DNA from: Pseudomonas phage vB_PaeS-D14O
Sequence record: BK061588.1
Reading direction: 5' to 3' (one strand)
Length of the DNA stretch: 24,000 nt
Below are positions 9,128 through 17,721 of the stretch, in pieces. Each line of letters opens with the position of its first letter. Positions within the stretch are counted from its first letter, which is position 1. Below the pieces are notes generated by a model that had not been told where the DNA came from, did not search any database, and saw nothing but the letters and a program-made list of their open reading frames with translations. The translations under genes were made by a program, and so were the position numbers.

Positions 9128-9884
9128 AAGTGTGCTGTTTCATGGTGCAGCGGCAGAACCTGTCAGGAACCGCGAAGGTGATGCGGGACAGGTCCATGCA
9201 TTTGTCGGTGATGTGTTCTGGCGAGTTGTATCCGCCCTGACCGCCGCAGATGATCCAGGCCGGCACCTTGGCGGCGATGGCGGCCGGAACGATCCAGCCA
9301 ATCCCACCGATTACCGCGTCAGCGTGCTGGAGCAGCGCCAGCAGTTGTTCAACTGGCAGCTCGCCCTTGTGGAACTGGATGTCAGCCGGCGGAAGTGGAT
9401 CGATGGCCCACTCCTTTCCCGGCTCCAGGTCCGCCACGGAAACCACTCTCCAGCCCCTTCGGCGCATCTCTGAGGCAGCGCTGGCGATGTACTCAGGCAG
9501 TGGGTTGCGCGTGTCTGCACGCCACTCAGCGCGAACCGTCGCCGGGCGAACCAGGACATAGCGCCCTTCGACCGGTGATGGACCGAAGTCTGGCAGATCA
9601 AACGCACCCGGTTCGCACCGGAACGCTTGGCGCAAGCCCTGGATGATCGGCATCTGGCCGTAGGCGATTCGGAGCTGGCCGCCACCGAATGGCTTATGCC
9701 ACTGCGCCGGGCGCTGGACGTTCTTCGCTTGCGTGCGGAGCTGCGTGCTCGGACGCACGCATTTCACATCGATGTCTGCATAGAGCTGGGGCCACGGCGT
9801 TTCGAGATATGCCCCAAGGTGCTTCTTCACGAACGCGCGGGCGTAGATATTGTCACCAAGGCCAAGCATTCCGCGGATGAACAA
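9057..9884 (-). CDS. Putative GT-B/GT9-like glycosyltransferase
   Basis: 275 aa; N-terminal GMLGLGDNIYARAFVKK, C-terminal ADAVIGGIGWIVPAAIAAKVPAWIICGGQGG resembling the nucleotide-sugar half of GT-B enzymes. Confidence 0.6.
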   Translation of the reverse strand: MFIRGMLGLGDNIYARAFVKKHLGAYLETPWPQLYADIDVKCVRPSTQLRTQAKNVQRPAQWHKPFGGGQLRIAYGQMPIIQGLRQAFRCEPGAFDLPDFGPSPVEGRYVLVRPATVRAEWRADTRNPLPEYIASAASEMRRRGWRVVSVADLEPGKEWAIDPLPPADIQFHKGELPVEQLLALLQHADAVIGGIGWIVPAAIAAKVPAWIICGGQGGYNSPEHITDKCMDLSRITFAVPDRFCRCTMKQHTCDKRIADHDARFAAWADRLPALV

Positions 9885-9892
9885 GTGACCTC

Positions 9893-10249
9893 CTAGCGTC
9901 CGTCCGTCAATCCATCAGAGCAGCGCAGTCTCCATTCACGCCGAGCTGTGACATCGGTCTCCGCGCTGGTGATGTTGTAGACCCGTCCATCCCAGATGAC
10001 CCGCCAGGTGTAGAGTTCCAGCCGCTCAACGGGGAACCATCGACAATTGATCCTGGCAGTGGTCTCCGCCTGCGTAGCATCGGCAGCGATCAACTCGCGA
10101 CCTGGGCCAGTCAGAACCTCGGCGGGCAGGTCGGCGCGACCGGAGAACAGAACGGTCTCCCAGGTCGTCACCATTTCCCCCGTATCAGGGTCTTGTGTTT
10201 GTACCTGCCGCTGAAACTGAATGCGGTGGCGCATACGGTAGGCCAGCAT
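9893..10249 (-). CDS. Head-tail adaptor / head closure protein
   Basis: MLAYRMRHRIQFQRQVQTQDPDTGEMVTTWETV... typical of phage head-tail joining proteins; 118 aa. Confidence 0.8.
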   Translation of the reverse strand: MLAYRMRHRIQFQRQVQTQDPDTGEMVTTWETVLFSGRADLPAEVLTGPGRELIAADATQAETTARINCRWFPVERLELYTWRVIWDGRVYNITSAETDVTARREWRLRCSDGLTDGR

Positions 10250-10570
10250 TCAAACCCCCAAGCCGCATCGGTACGGCATCAGCTTCACCTCGGCCGCCTT
10301 GCGCAGCGTCGCGATTTCATCGGGAGCAGCCTGATAGCTGGCCTGAAGCAAAAGAAGCACTCCGATGACCACGCTAGGCGGAAGTCCCGGTTCGCTACTG
10401 ACAGCCTCACTGCTCTCTTCGCAGTTGCAAAGGCCATCAAGGGACTGGCGCCACATGAACTGGCAGGCCTCGTCCTCCGCTCCATCCAGCAGCAACTGGA
10501 GCTTGGCGTCATCCCAATCGTGGATCACATCAAGAAAGGACTTTGCCGTATCAAGCGGGATCAGGCTCAT
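10250..10570 (-). CDS. gp6-like head-tail connector
   Basis: MSLIPLDTAKSFLDVIHDWDDAKLQLLLDGAEDEACQFM... typical of phage gp6-like connectors. Confidence 0.8.
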   Translation of the reverse strand: MSLIPLDTAKSFLDVIHDWDDAKLQLLLDGAEDEACQFMWRQSLDGLCNCEESSEAVSSEPGLPPSVVIGVLLLLQASYQAAPDEIATLRKAAEVKLMPYRCGLGV

Positions 10571-11147
10571 TCAGCGCGTCCTCCAGCGGTCTACGCGCGA
10601 AACAGGTAAGCGCCGTTTCGCGTGTGCAATTGATGATTTCTATCCCAGGGTTCTTGCGCTTCAGGCTTTCGAACTCTACCGGCCACTCGGATATCTTCCC
10701 TGCACTACCCAGTCCTCTGGGGTGATCACCATGCCAGTGAGACATCCCGCCAGTTTTCTGCATGTCGTAGCCGAGAAGGATGATTCGCTTGGCGCCCCTG
10801 GCTATGGCCAAAGAAACTGCGCCGCCGCCTGAGTTTCTGTAGTGCTCGATGCGTGCCGTCTTGATTCCGAAGGGATTGGCGCTGAGTGTCAGAAGCTCGC
10901 CACAGAAGTTTGCTTTAGCCTCGGCGGCGTATCTCTCCCACCAGACTTTATCCATTGCCCACAGCGCATCAGCCCAGGGAGTCAGTCGGAACGTTGTGTT
11001 CGTACAGATGGCCGCCCTCTGCGGCGAGGAGTTCCGCCACTCTCGGACTCGTTCGCAGTCTTCTGCTGTGAGGCTGGGGCCACTTGCGAGGCAGACAGCG
11101 ACTCGCCAGCCACAGGCTTTGGGATCTCTGATTCCACAATCTGGCAA
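10551..11147 (-). CDS. MptE/DUF115-like putative glycosyltransferase-fold protein
   Basis: 198 aa; WRVAVCLASGPSLT, AICTNTTFRLTPWADALWAMDKVWW, GGGAVSLAIARGAKRIILLGYDM motifs. Confidence 0.55.
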   Translation of the reverse strand: MPDCGIRDPKACGWRVAVCLASGPSLTAEDCERVREWRNSSPQRAAICTNTTFRLTPWADALWAMDKVWWERYAAEAKANFCGELLTLSANPFGIKTARIEHYRNSGGGAVSLAIARGAKRIILLGYDMQKTGGMSHWHGDHPRGLGSAGKISEWPVEFESLKRKNPGIEIINCTRETALTCFARRPLEDALNEPDPA

Positions 11148-11275
11148 AGTCCGCGCGCCACCAACTGGCGAGCCAGGTGCTCGGATGCGAGGTATGCATC
11201 ACCACCAGCCTTTCTTACACGACCGCCATCTAGGTATGAACGAACAGGCTTGATCATTACGTCAGACATAATCAC
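10982..11275 (-). CDS. Small head-region protein of unknown function
   Basis: 97 aa; MIMSDVMIKPVRSYLDGGRVRKAGGDAYLASEHLARQLVARGLCQIV...; directly downstream of major capsid; overlaps next gene by 166 nt. Confidence 0.65.
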   Translation of the reverse strand: MIMSDVMIKPVRSYLDGGRVRKAGGDAYLASEHLARQLVARGLCQIVESEIPKPVAGESLSASQVAPASQQKTANESESGGTPRRRGRPSVRTQRSD

Positions 11276-11313
11276 CTCAAAGAAAGAGGGGCCGGGATAC
11301 CGGCCCCTTCCAG

Positions 11314-12501
11314 TCAGCTGGCGGTCAGCGAACCAGTGACAAACGCCTCAGGCCGATAGACCGCGAAGGCCAGTCGCTCTTCAGCGCGGATGGTTACCAT
11401 GTTGTTCTCGAAGTCCTTGTCGTTCTCGGTGGAGACCAGAACCTCGATATCCATGCGGTCGAAGATCTGGGCGCCGAGCGAGAACGCTCCGGTCAGGAAC
11501 TCGTCCTGAGTGATGGCCTGGGTTTCCACCACCGGCAGACGCCAGAGGGTCGGAGTGGTGCCGTTCTGCGGGCTGCCGATGATGTAGCGGTTCTCGGCGT
11601 CCTTGGTCAGCTCGATCAGCGCCCAGTCGATGGGGTTGAGAACGATACCGCTGGCCGGGAACTCGGCCAGTTGCGCCTGAAGGATCGCCAGGCGGATGCG
11701 GTCGATTCGCTGTTCTGCGGTTACCACTACGCCACTCGGCGGCGCGTAGGCCTGTGCCTGCGGAATGATGCCGTGCAGATTGGCACCGGTTCCGTTTCCG
11801 TATAGCAGTTGACCTTCTTCGACCAACATCAGGCCGTAGCGAGCGCGCGCATCGATGTAGCTCTGCAAGGCCGATGCGTCGTCCAGGATCTGGCGACTTG
11901 CCTTGAACAAGTGGGCGATGGTGCGAACCGGCGCGTTTTCCAGCTCGAAGGTCAGGTCCGAGTACGGCTTCTGAGTGCCTTCCGAAACAGGAGCGGCATT
12001 GTTGACGAAGCCGGTCTCGCGAACGTACTCGACGGAGTTCGATTCAGTGGTGCCAGGCGCAACCAGGTCGCGGATGGTCAGTCGACGCTGCGGAGCGGCA
12101 ACGACACCGGAGCGACGATCAGGAGCAACCAAGGAACCACCAGAACTGTCGATGGAGGTGATGGCCGAGCGCGGCATGGATACGCGATGCGAACCGCGCA
12201 GGGAGCTGGTTACACCCTGCTCTTTCAGGCTCTCTGCGACCATTTGGCCGGCGGTCTGCGGTGCTTCCTCGCCGCCGTCACGCTTCTCGTTGGCCAGCAT
12301 GGCTTGTTCCGCGGCGCTCAGTCGTGCTTGCAGTTCGCCCTGAGCGGTCAGCAGTTCGTCGACCTTGGCGCGGGTTTCCTTGTTCATCTCGCCGAAGTTG
12401 GCGATTTGGGTATTGACCTGTTCGGCCTGGGCCTTGATCTGATCGCCGACCTGCTTGAGGCTGGTGTTCAGTTCGCCGATTTGTTTCTCGAAGTCGCTCA
12501 T
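11314..12501 (-). CDS. HK97-family major capsid protein with N-terminal coiled-coil delta domain
   Basis: 395 aa; coiled-coil N-terminus then GGSLVAPDRRSGVVAAPQRRLTIRDLVAPG...FVNNAAPVSEGTQKPYSDLTFE...VLNPIDWALIELTKD. Confidence 0.95.
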   Translation of the reverse strand: MSDFEKQIGELNTSLKQVGDQIKAQAEQVNTQIANFGEMNKETRAKVDELLTAQGELQARLSAAEQAMLANEKRDGGEEAPQTAGQMVAESLKEQGVTSSLRGSHRVSMPRSAITSIDSSGGSLVAPDRRSGVVAAPQRRLTIRDLVAPGTTESNSVEYVRETGFVNNAAPVSEGTQKPYSDLTFELENAPVRTIAHLFKASRQILDDASALQSYIDARARYGLMLVEEGQLLYGNGTGANLHGIIPQAQAYAPPSGVVVTAEQRIDRIRLAILQAQLAEFPASGIVLNPIDWALIELTKDAENRYIIGSPQNGTTPTLWRLPVVETQAITQDEFLTGAFSLGAQIFDRMDIEVLVSTENDKDFENNMVTIRAEERLAFAVYRPEAFVTGSLTAS

Positions 12502-13388
12502 TGCGATTCTCCTTGGAGGAATTTAGTGATGTCTTGTGCTGCCCGTAGTGCAGCGGAGAGGTCAGGAGCGACAGCGCCAGGCATATCGGTCGGGGTGTCA
12601 CCACCCCCGCCAGCAGCGCCAAGCATGCTGGTCTTGAAGTCATTGATGAGTTCATTGCGCTGGCTTCGCGGCATGCCGCTGCGAGCCAGAGCGGCATCCA
12701 TCCGGCGCTTGGCCAAGATGGCTTCACTGCGGTTGCTCGGCGCACTGGAGATCTCGTCGGATTCCAGGAAGGCATCTGCCCACCCCTTGTCGACGGCTTC
12801 GCGCCCGCCGATCCAGGTCTCGGCGTCCATCTGCTTCACGATGTCGTCGATATCGATGCCGGTGCGCTGCGCGTAAATGTCAGCCAGCGTCATGTCGAAT
12901 GGCTCCAGCCAGTCGGCGATCTCACGCAGGTCGTTCCGATTGCCCATGGCGATCAGCCAGGCGTTGTGGATCATCAGGAAGGCGGCGCGGCCAATGCGGA
13001 TTTCATCCCCTGCCATGGCGATAAAGGAGGCGGCAGAGGCAGCCAATCCGATGATGTTCACCGTGACCTTGCCCTTGTGCTCGCGCAGCAGGTTGTAGAT
13101 GGCCAGCCCCTCGAACACGTCGCCACCCGGGCTGTTGATGTTCACGGTCACATCGACATCGCCGCCGATGGCGCGCAGCGCACCGGCAATGCGTTTCGCG
13201 GTTACGCCCTCGCCGGTCCACCAGTCGTAACCGATGGGCTCGTAGATGGTGATGGTGGTGTCGGGGTTATCGCCAGTAGCTGCTCGAAGCTCAGGACGCC
13301 ATGCATCTAGCGCTTTGGGCGCCAGGTCGCACTGGACGCCCGAGCGCGGGCGAGCCTCCGGCGCTGCCGGAAGATTTCGCAGAGTCAT
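12498..13388 (-). CDS. ClpP-like prohead protease
   Basis: NSPGGDVFEGLAIYNLL, GLAASAASFIAMAGDEIRI, HNAW: ClpP-type Ser/His catalytic motifs. Confidence 0.93.
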   Translation of the reverse strand: MTLRNLPAAPEARPRSGVQCDLAPKALDAWRPELRAATGDNPDTTITIYEPIGYDWWTGEGVTAKRIAGALRAIGGDVDVTVNINSPGGDVFEGLAIYNLLREHKGKVTVNIIGLAASAASFIAMAGDEIRIGRAAFLMIHNAWLIAMGNRNDLREIADWLEPFDMTLADIYAQRTGIDIDDIVKQMDAETWIGGREAVDKGWADAFLESDEISSAPSNRSEAILAKRRMDAALARSGMPRSQRNELINDFKTSMLGAAGGGGDTPTDMPGAVAPDLSAALRAAQDITKFLQGESQ

Positions 13389-13391
13389 GGG

Positions 13392-13553
13392 TTACTCCTG
13401 TGTTTCTTCGAAGTCGGGCCCAGGAACTTTCAGTCCTGCACCATGCTGATTTACGAGTTGTCGCGCTTCGTCGGCGGTGATCATCTTCCCAACGCCGAGG
13501 TAGGCCTTTTGAACCGCCTCTACGGCGGAGAGCTTTCTTTCGCTGCCCCCCCC
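13392..13553 (-). other. Portal C-terminal continuation in the -1 frame past the G8 run
   Basis: After shifting at G8 (13546..13553) the frame reads GSERKLSAVEAVQKAYLGVGKMITADEARQLVNQHGAGLKVPGPDFEETQE and stops at 13392, 3 nt before the protease ATG. Confidence 0.85.
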
Positions 13554-14782
13554 AGTTGTTCTAGGGGAACCAGGTTGGACTGGACGGTGAGAATGTCTCC
13601 GCCGGGGAGTTCTGGCAGGTTCTCTTTCCGGCGACCTTCGTTACGGGTCATGAAACCGTTTTGCGCCATGGTGCTGTACCAGGCAGCGCGACCAGCGCTA
13701 TCAGCCTTCAGGAACCCCTCAAGGGAGAACTCGGCGTAATAGCGAATCCGCTCGGGCGCAGTTAGCAGTCGCTTGTTGACGCACTGCTGAATCTGATTGG
13801 TGATCGAACTGATCGAGAATGTCAGGAACGCGAGCATCTGCTGTTCAAGCCCTGTCCCCCAGTTGCTCCCCTTGTCGGTCTGGCCAATCATCCAGGGCGG
13901 CACCCCGAACCATCTGCAAATCTCGATCACGCCATGCTCTCGCGTCTCCAGCAACTGAGCATCGACCGGATTGATGCCGATGGTTTCAGGGGTAATCCCC
14001 TGCTCCAGAACCGGGGATCTTCCGGAGTTCATCGCACCCGATACGGACTTCACATACTCCCTGAACTCCTCCCGCTGCGCAGGCTGGAGAATGCGATCAA
14101 CCTTGAAGGCGACCGTGGGTAGAAGTCCATTCTTGAATGTGCCGTTGGCTGCGTCCTCCGCCGACATGACCGAGCCGAAGACATCAACTCCGTACCTGAT
14201 TGCAGAGAGACCAATTCGACCATCCAGCGTGAACGCCGGGATGTGCAGCATGTTGGTACGCTCGATCTCTCTACGAGCACCCTTCTTTGGCGTATAGAAA
14301 TACTTCAGCCGACCGTTGTCATCACACTCCAGGTCGATCCTCGATGGAAGCAGGAAGTCCAACGCAGCCGGTCTGCCAGCAGCGCGGCGAATCTCCGCGT
14401 ATGCGTTACCCCAAAGCAGCATTGATGCGACCATGGCCTGCCAGAACTGGAAGGCCGTCATGTCGTCGTTGGGGCTGTTTTGAACAACATCGTAGAGCGG
14501 GAACGACCGAGCATCGACTCTGCTCCCGTCCGCTTTCCGCTCGTACACTCCCAGCGGAAGACCGGCGACAGAAGTAGAGATCAAGCGAACGCAAGCCCAT
14601 ACCGCAGACAGCTTCATTGCCTTGTCGACAGTGACCTTTTTCCCGCTAGACGACTCCCGCCCCAGGAACTGCGACCAGAACGCGCCATCTGTCAGGCGGA
14701 TGGTCTTATCCCCCCAACCGAACAATGAAGACCTGGGCGCAGACGTAGCACTGCTCAGGACTTTTCCGAGACTCTTACTCAC
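13520..14782 (-). CDS. Portal protein, HK97 family (short annotated frame)
   Basis: 420 aa from GTG at 14782; SAVWACVRLISTSVAGLPLGVYE, WFGVPPWMIG, NLPELPGGDILTVQSNLVPLEQLGG. Confidence 0.93.
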   Translation of the reverse strand: MSKSLGKVLSSATSAPRSSLFGWGDKTIRLTDGAFWSQFLGRESSSGKKVTVDKAMKLSAVWACVRLISTSVAGLPLGVYERKADGSRVDARSFPLYDVVQNSPNDDMTAFQFWQAMVASMLLWGNAYAEIRRAAGRPAALDFLLPSRIDLECDDNGRLKYFYTPKKGARREIERTNMLHIPAFTLDGRIGLSAIRYGVDVFGSVMSAEDAANGTFKNGLLPTVAFKVDRILQPAQREEFREYVKSVSGAMNSGRSPVLEQGITPETIGINPVDAQLLETREHGVIEICRWFGVPPWMIGQTDKGSNWGTGLEQQMLAFLTFSISSITNQIQQCVNKRLLTAPERIRYYAEFSLEGFLKADSAGRAAWYSTMAQNGFMTRNEGRRKENLPELPGGDILTVQSNLVPLEQLGGAAKESSPP

Positions 14783-14939
14783 TGGTCAGTCCCTTGCGAA
14801 TGAACGCAGCTATGGCGAACGCCGACGCCGCACCGGAAATGAGCGCCCAGCCGAGCCCCAGCAGCACGAAGGTTCCGGCTACGAAAAGAGCCAGACCAAG
14901 GACGCCGAAGAAGAGGTAGAGGCCAGTAGCGATGTTCAT
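14775..14939 (-). CDS. Small two-helix membrane protein
   Basis: 54 aa MNIATGLYLFFGVLGLALFVAGTFVLLGLGWALISGAASAFAIAAFIRKGLTSE; fills the TerL-portal gap with a 4-nt ATGA overlap; below the track size cutoff. Confidence 0.75.
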   Translation of the reverse strand: MNIATGLYLFFGVLGLALFVAGTFVLLGLGWALISGAASAFAIAAFIRKGLTSE

Positions 14940-16627
14940 GCGATGATCGGGTTCCGTATGGCGTTCATGAAGTCGTCGCCGTCATCAACGCCGGCAACCA
15001 GGGCGCGCCCCATAGCCATGATCAAGGTCACTGGACCGTCGATCTTGCAGTTGGGGTCGTTGTCGTTTTCCTTGCGCGGGTAGATGTTTTCCTTGGCATC
15101 GATCTTTGCCGCCACATTTCCCATCATCCAGGTCATGACTGGGTTTCCGTCATGCCAGAGCGTCCGCGCTATCACCCTCGCCTCCACCTCCTTCATCGGG
15201 TCGCTCATGTTCTTCACCGTCTGGTTGAAGTCCACGACCGGGATTGAGGTGTTCGAGAGTCGGGTAATCAGGTAGTTGGCCTGCCAGTCGTCGAAGGCGA
15301 CATCCTGTAGGTCAATCTGTTTGGCCAGTTCCAGGATGTCGCTTTCGATGAAGGCGTAATCGGTCATGCTTCCGGGCGTCAGGATCAGGTGCCCGTCGAG
15401 CGCAAAATTCTGGTACTTCTCGTTTTCCTCGGCTGCCGCTTCAGGGGCGTAGAACCGAGGGATGCAGTAGAACTGACCCGCCTTCTCGAACAACATCACC
15501 AGGGCAGCCACGTCTTTCTTGCTCGCCAGGTCCAAAGCCATCCAGCAGCGGCAGCCGGCCATGTCCGCAATCGTGAAGTCGCGCTTCTGACGCTGCCAGG
15601 CCAGCATGTTCATCCAGACCGTCCTAGCCCCCACCCACTGGTTCAGATGCTTGGTGCGGAAGGCGTTCTGCTTCGACGCCGAACGCTTGGCCTGCTGGAG
15701 CTGGGCCAGGAGGAAGTCAGGGAAGACCGACACTCCGTAATTCGGATTGGCCTTGATCAGGCTGGCCGGGTCATCCCACGGATCATCCTCGTCGATCGTG
15801 TAGATGATCCCGAAAATCGTCTCATCGATCGTCTGCCCCTCGAGAATGCGGATCACATCCCGTCGCTTCTCGTAGCAGGGTCCGCCGAGATTCGATCCCG
15901 CCGTCGTAATGATCGACAGCAATGGCTGTTCTCGTGCCCCCATGCCGGTCTGCATGGTGTCAACCAGGGCATCCGTGTCGTGCTCGTGGTACTCGTCCAC
16001 CAGGGCCGCATGGGGACTCGCACCGTCCCCTGGGTTGCCGATAACCGTCTCGAACTTCGACATGTCCTCCATGACGAACATGGGGCCAGGGTTCTTCTGG
16101 TTGCCAGAAAGCTCGATACCGAATCGGTTACGCAGGTTCTCCAGCTTGTGCGCCATCATCCACGCCGGACGGAAAACCTCGAAGGCCTGCTTCTCGGTGG
16201 TGGCGCCGGAGTAGACCTCGGCCCCCGACTCGCCATCTGCGGCGAATAGGTAAATGCCTCGTGCGGCAAGACGGGCAGACTTCCCGTTCTTCCTGGGAAT
16301 CTCTTCGTAGGCCTCGCGGAACCTGCGCTTGCCGGTGTCCTTCTTCACCCAGCCGAAGATGTTGGCCTCGATGAATACCTGCCAAGGCTCGAACACTAGC
16401 TTCGACTTCGAAGCGCTCCATTTGCCTTTGGTGTGAGGCATGAGCTGCATGAACTTGACAGCACGATCTGCCTTGGCCTCATCGAAAAAGTATGGCCAAT
16501 CGTCATCGCTCTGGCGGTCCAAGTCATTCAGGAAGCGCTGGCATGCAAGCTTCACATACCGGCACGCAACGATAGCCCCACCCACGACATCGCTAGCGTA
16601 CTGTCGCGCAATGTCGCTGGGGGTCAT
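14936..16627 (-). CDS. Terminase large subunit
   Basis: 563 aa; EEIPRKNGKSARLAARGIYLFAADGE (Walker A-like), HAALVDEYHEH (Walker B-like), nuclease-domain features. Confidence 0.95.
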   Translation of the reverse strand: MTPSDIARQYASDVVGGAIVACRYVKLACQRFLNDLDRQSDDDWPYFFDEAKADRAVKFMQLMPHTKGKWSASKSKLVFEPWQVFIEANIFGWVKKDTGKRRFREAYEEIPRKNGKSARLAARGIYLFAADGESGAEVYSGATTEKQAFEVFRPAWMMAHKLENLRNRFGIELSGNQKNPGPMFVMEDMSKFETVIGNPGDGASPHAALVDEYHEHDTDALVDTMQTGMGAREQPLLSIITTAGSNLGGPCYEKRRDVIRILEGQTIDETIFGIIYTIDEDDPWDDPASLIKANPNYGVSVFPDFLLAQLQQAKRSASKQNAFRTKHLNQWVGARTVWMNMLAWQRQKRDFTIADMAGCRCWMALDLASKKDVAALVMLFEKAGQFYCIPRFYAPEAAAEENEKYQNFALDGHLILTPGSMTDYAFIESDILELAKQIDLQDVAFDDWQANYLITRLSNTSIPVVDFNQTVKNMSDPMKEVEARVIARTLWHDGNPVMTWMMGNVAAKIDAKENIYPRKENDNDPNCKIDGPVTLIMAMGRALVAGVDDGDDFMNAIRNPIIA

Positions 16628-16628
16628 C

Positions 16629-17009
16629 TCAGAAATCCTCGAACTCGTCCTTCTCCTTCGGCTTTTCCAGGCCGAACTTCTGGCGGTCGGACGGCGTTAG
16701 TCCAAGCCGGGCCAGGTTTCCGATCAGATGGGTGTACTTGCCAACCGCGAACTCTGTCGGGTTGGCACGGTATTCAGCGAGCAGGTTGGCCGTCACTTCC
16801 AGGATGATCCGATCCGATCCCGTCAGAACGCCCTTGATCGACTGAGCGCACAACTCTTTCCATGCGAGACGAGCAGGGCCTTGCAGATGGATGGGCGCTT
16901 CTCCGACATCCCCCTCGCCCTTTGCCGGCTCCTGCCGGTAGCGCTGGGGGTTTTTCTTGTCGGCGCCTTTGAACTTGGCGACGACATCTGGCTGTTTGTG
17001 TCGTGCCAT
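16629..17009 (-). CDS. Terminase small subunit, P27 family
   Basis: 126 aa; PPIHLQGPARLAWKELC-type region (APIHLQGPARLAWKELCAQSIKGVLTGSDR), immediately upstream of TerL. Confidence 0.85.
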   Translation of the reverse strand: MARHKQPDVVAKFKGADKKNPQRYRQEPAKGEGDVGEAPIHLQGPARLAWKELCAQSIKGVLTGSDRIILEVTANLLAEYRANPTEFAVGKYTHLIGNLARLGLTPSDRQKFGLEKPKEKDEFEDF

Positions 17010-17222
17010 CTTGAAACCTAAATTCTGTGGAAATGGAAAGTGCTTTGTGGGCGCGGTGTCCTAACGAAAAGTTCTAAGGTTTTGACCCGCCCCACCCCTA
17101 TAAATGAGACTTTTTCTCATTTAACTCGATTTTTCGGTAAAAACGCACGAACCCAGTGAAAACCACTGACGTCGTTCGTAAATATCTCGATATCGTCGTG
17201 TCCTTGCGCTGATAGAACCCGA

Positions 17223-17570
17223 CTATTTCCTAGATGCCGCAGACTCCCTCGCCGTCTTCCTCGCATGACACGGGTAGCCGGCAATAGCCATCAGGTTGGA
17301 GTCATCGTCTGTGCCGCCTTGGCTCAGTGGGATGATGTGGTCCACCTCTGTGGCGATCCTCTTCACCCCCTTGCACTCTGGGCACTGGCACATGTAGCCA
17401 TCCCGTTTGAGGATGCGTTCTCGCTTGCGACGCCACGGTCTGCCGCCGCGCCCGTTCCCCCACGCCTTGTCCTCTACCTCGTGCTTGGTCACTCCCTTGG
17501 CCTTGGGCTTGGCGTGACGCTGAGGGAGGTCAGGCACTTTCGGATACCTGATTGCAGGCTGCCTGATCAT
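17223..17570 (-). CDS. HNH endonuclease, packaging-associated type
   Basis: RERILKRDGYMCQCPECKGVKRIATEVDHIIPLSQGGTDDDSNLMAIAGYPCHARKTARE; sits upstream of TerS as in HK97-like phages. Confidence 0.9.
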   Translation of the reverse strand: MIRQPAIRYPKVPDLPQRHAKPKAKGVTKHEVEDKAWGNGRGGRPWRRKRERILKRDGYMCQCPECKGVKRIATEVDHIIPLSQGGTDDDSNLMAIAGYPCHARKTARESAASRK

Positions 17571-17721
17571 CAGGATGGAGGGCCAGCAGTCCGGAACGCA
17601 GCAGGGGCTCGAGAACCTTCATGGCACTCACTACCTCGCCGCTGTACCCAACAATGTCATCAGGCGTCCAGGGCCGATTGGGGTTGACCTCGACTCCTGC
17701 GGGGATCGGGTGACTCTTCAT
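17530..17721 (-). CDS. Hypothetical small protein
   Basis: 63 aa with native-looking composition; overlaps HNH start and abuts the upstream ORF. Confidence 0.5.
   Translation of the reverse strand: MKSHPIPAGVEVNPNRPWTPDDIVGYSGEVVSAMKVLEPLLRSGLLALHPDDQAACNQVSESA

Noticed and set aside
11809-12876. 355-aa plus-strand ORF opposite capsid and protease
   Set aside because: Antisense shadow of confidently assigned minus-strand genes; spans their boundary and follows from high-GC codon bias.
15389-16249. 286-aa plus-strand ORF opposite TerL
   Set aside because: Fully antisense to the terminase large subunit; composition typical of a shadow ORF.
16629-17570. HNH next to terminase as a mobile homing element
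   Set aside because: This HNH type and position are standard in HK97-like packaging modules, so it is not treated as an insertion.
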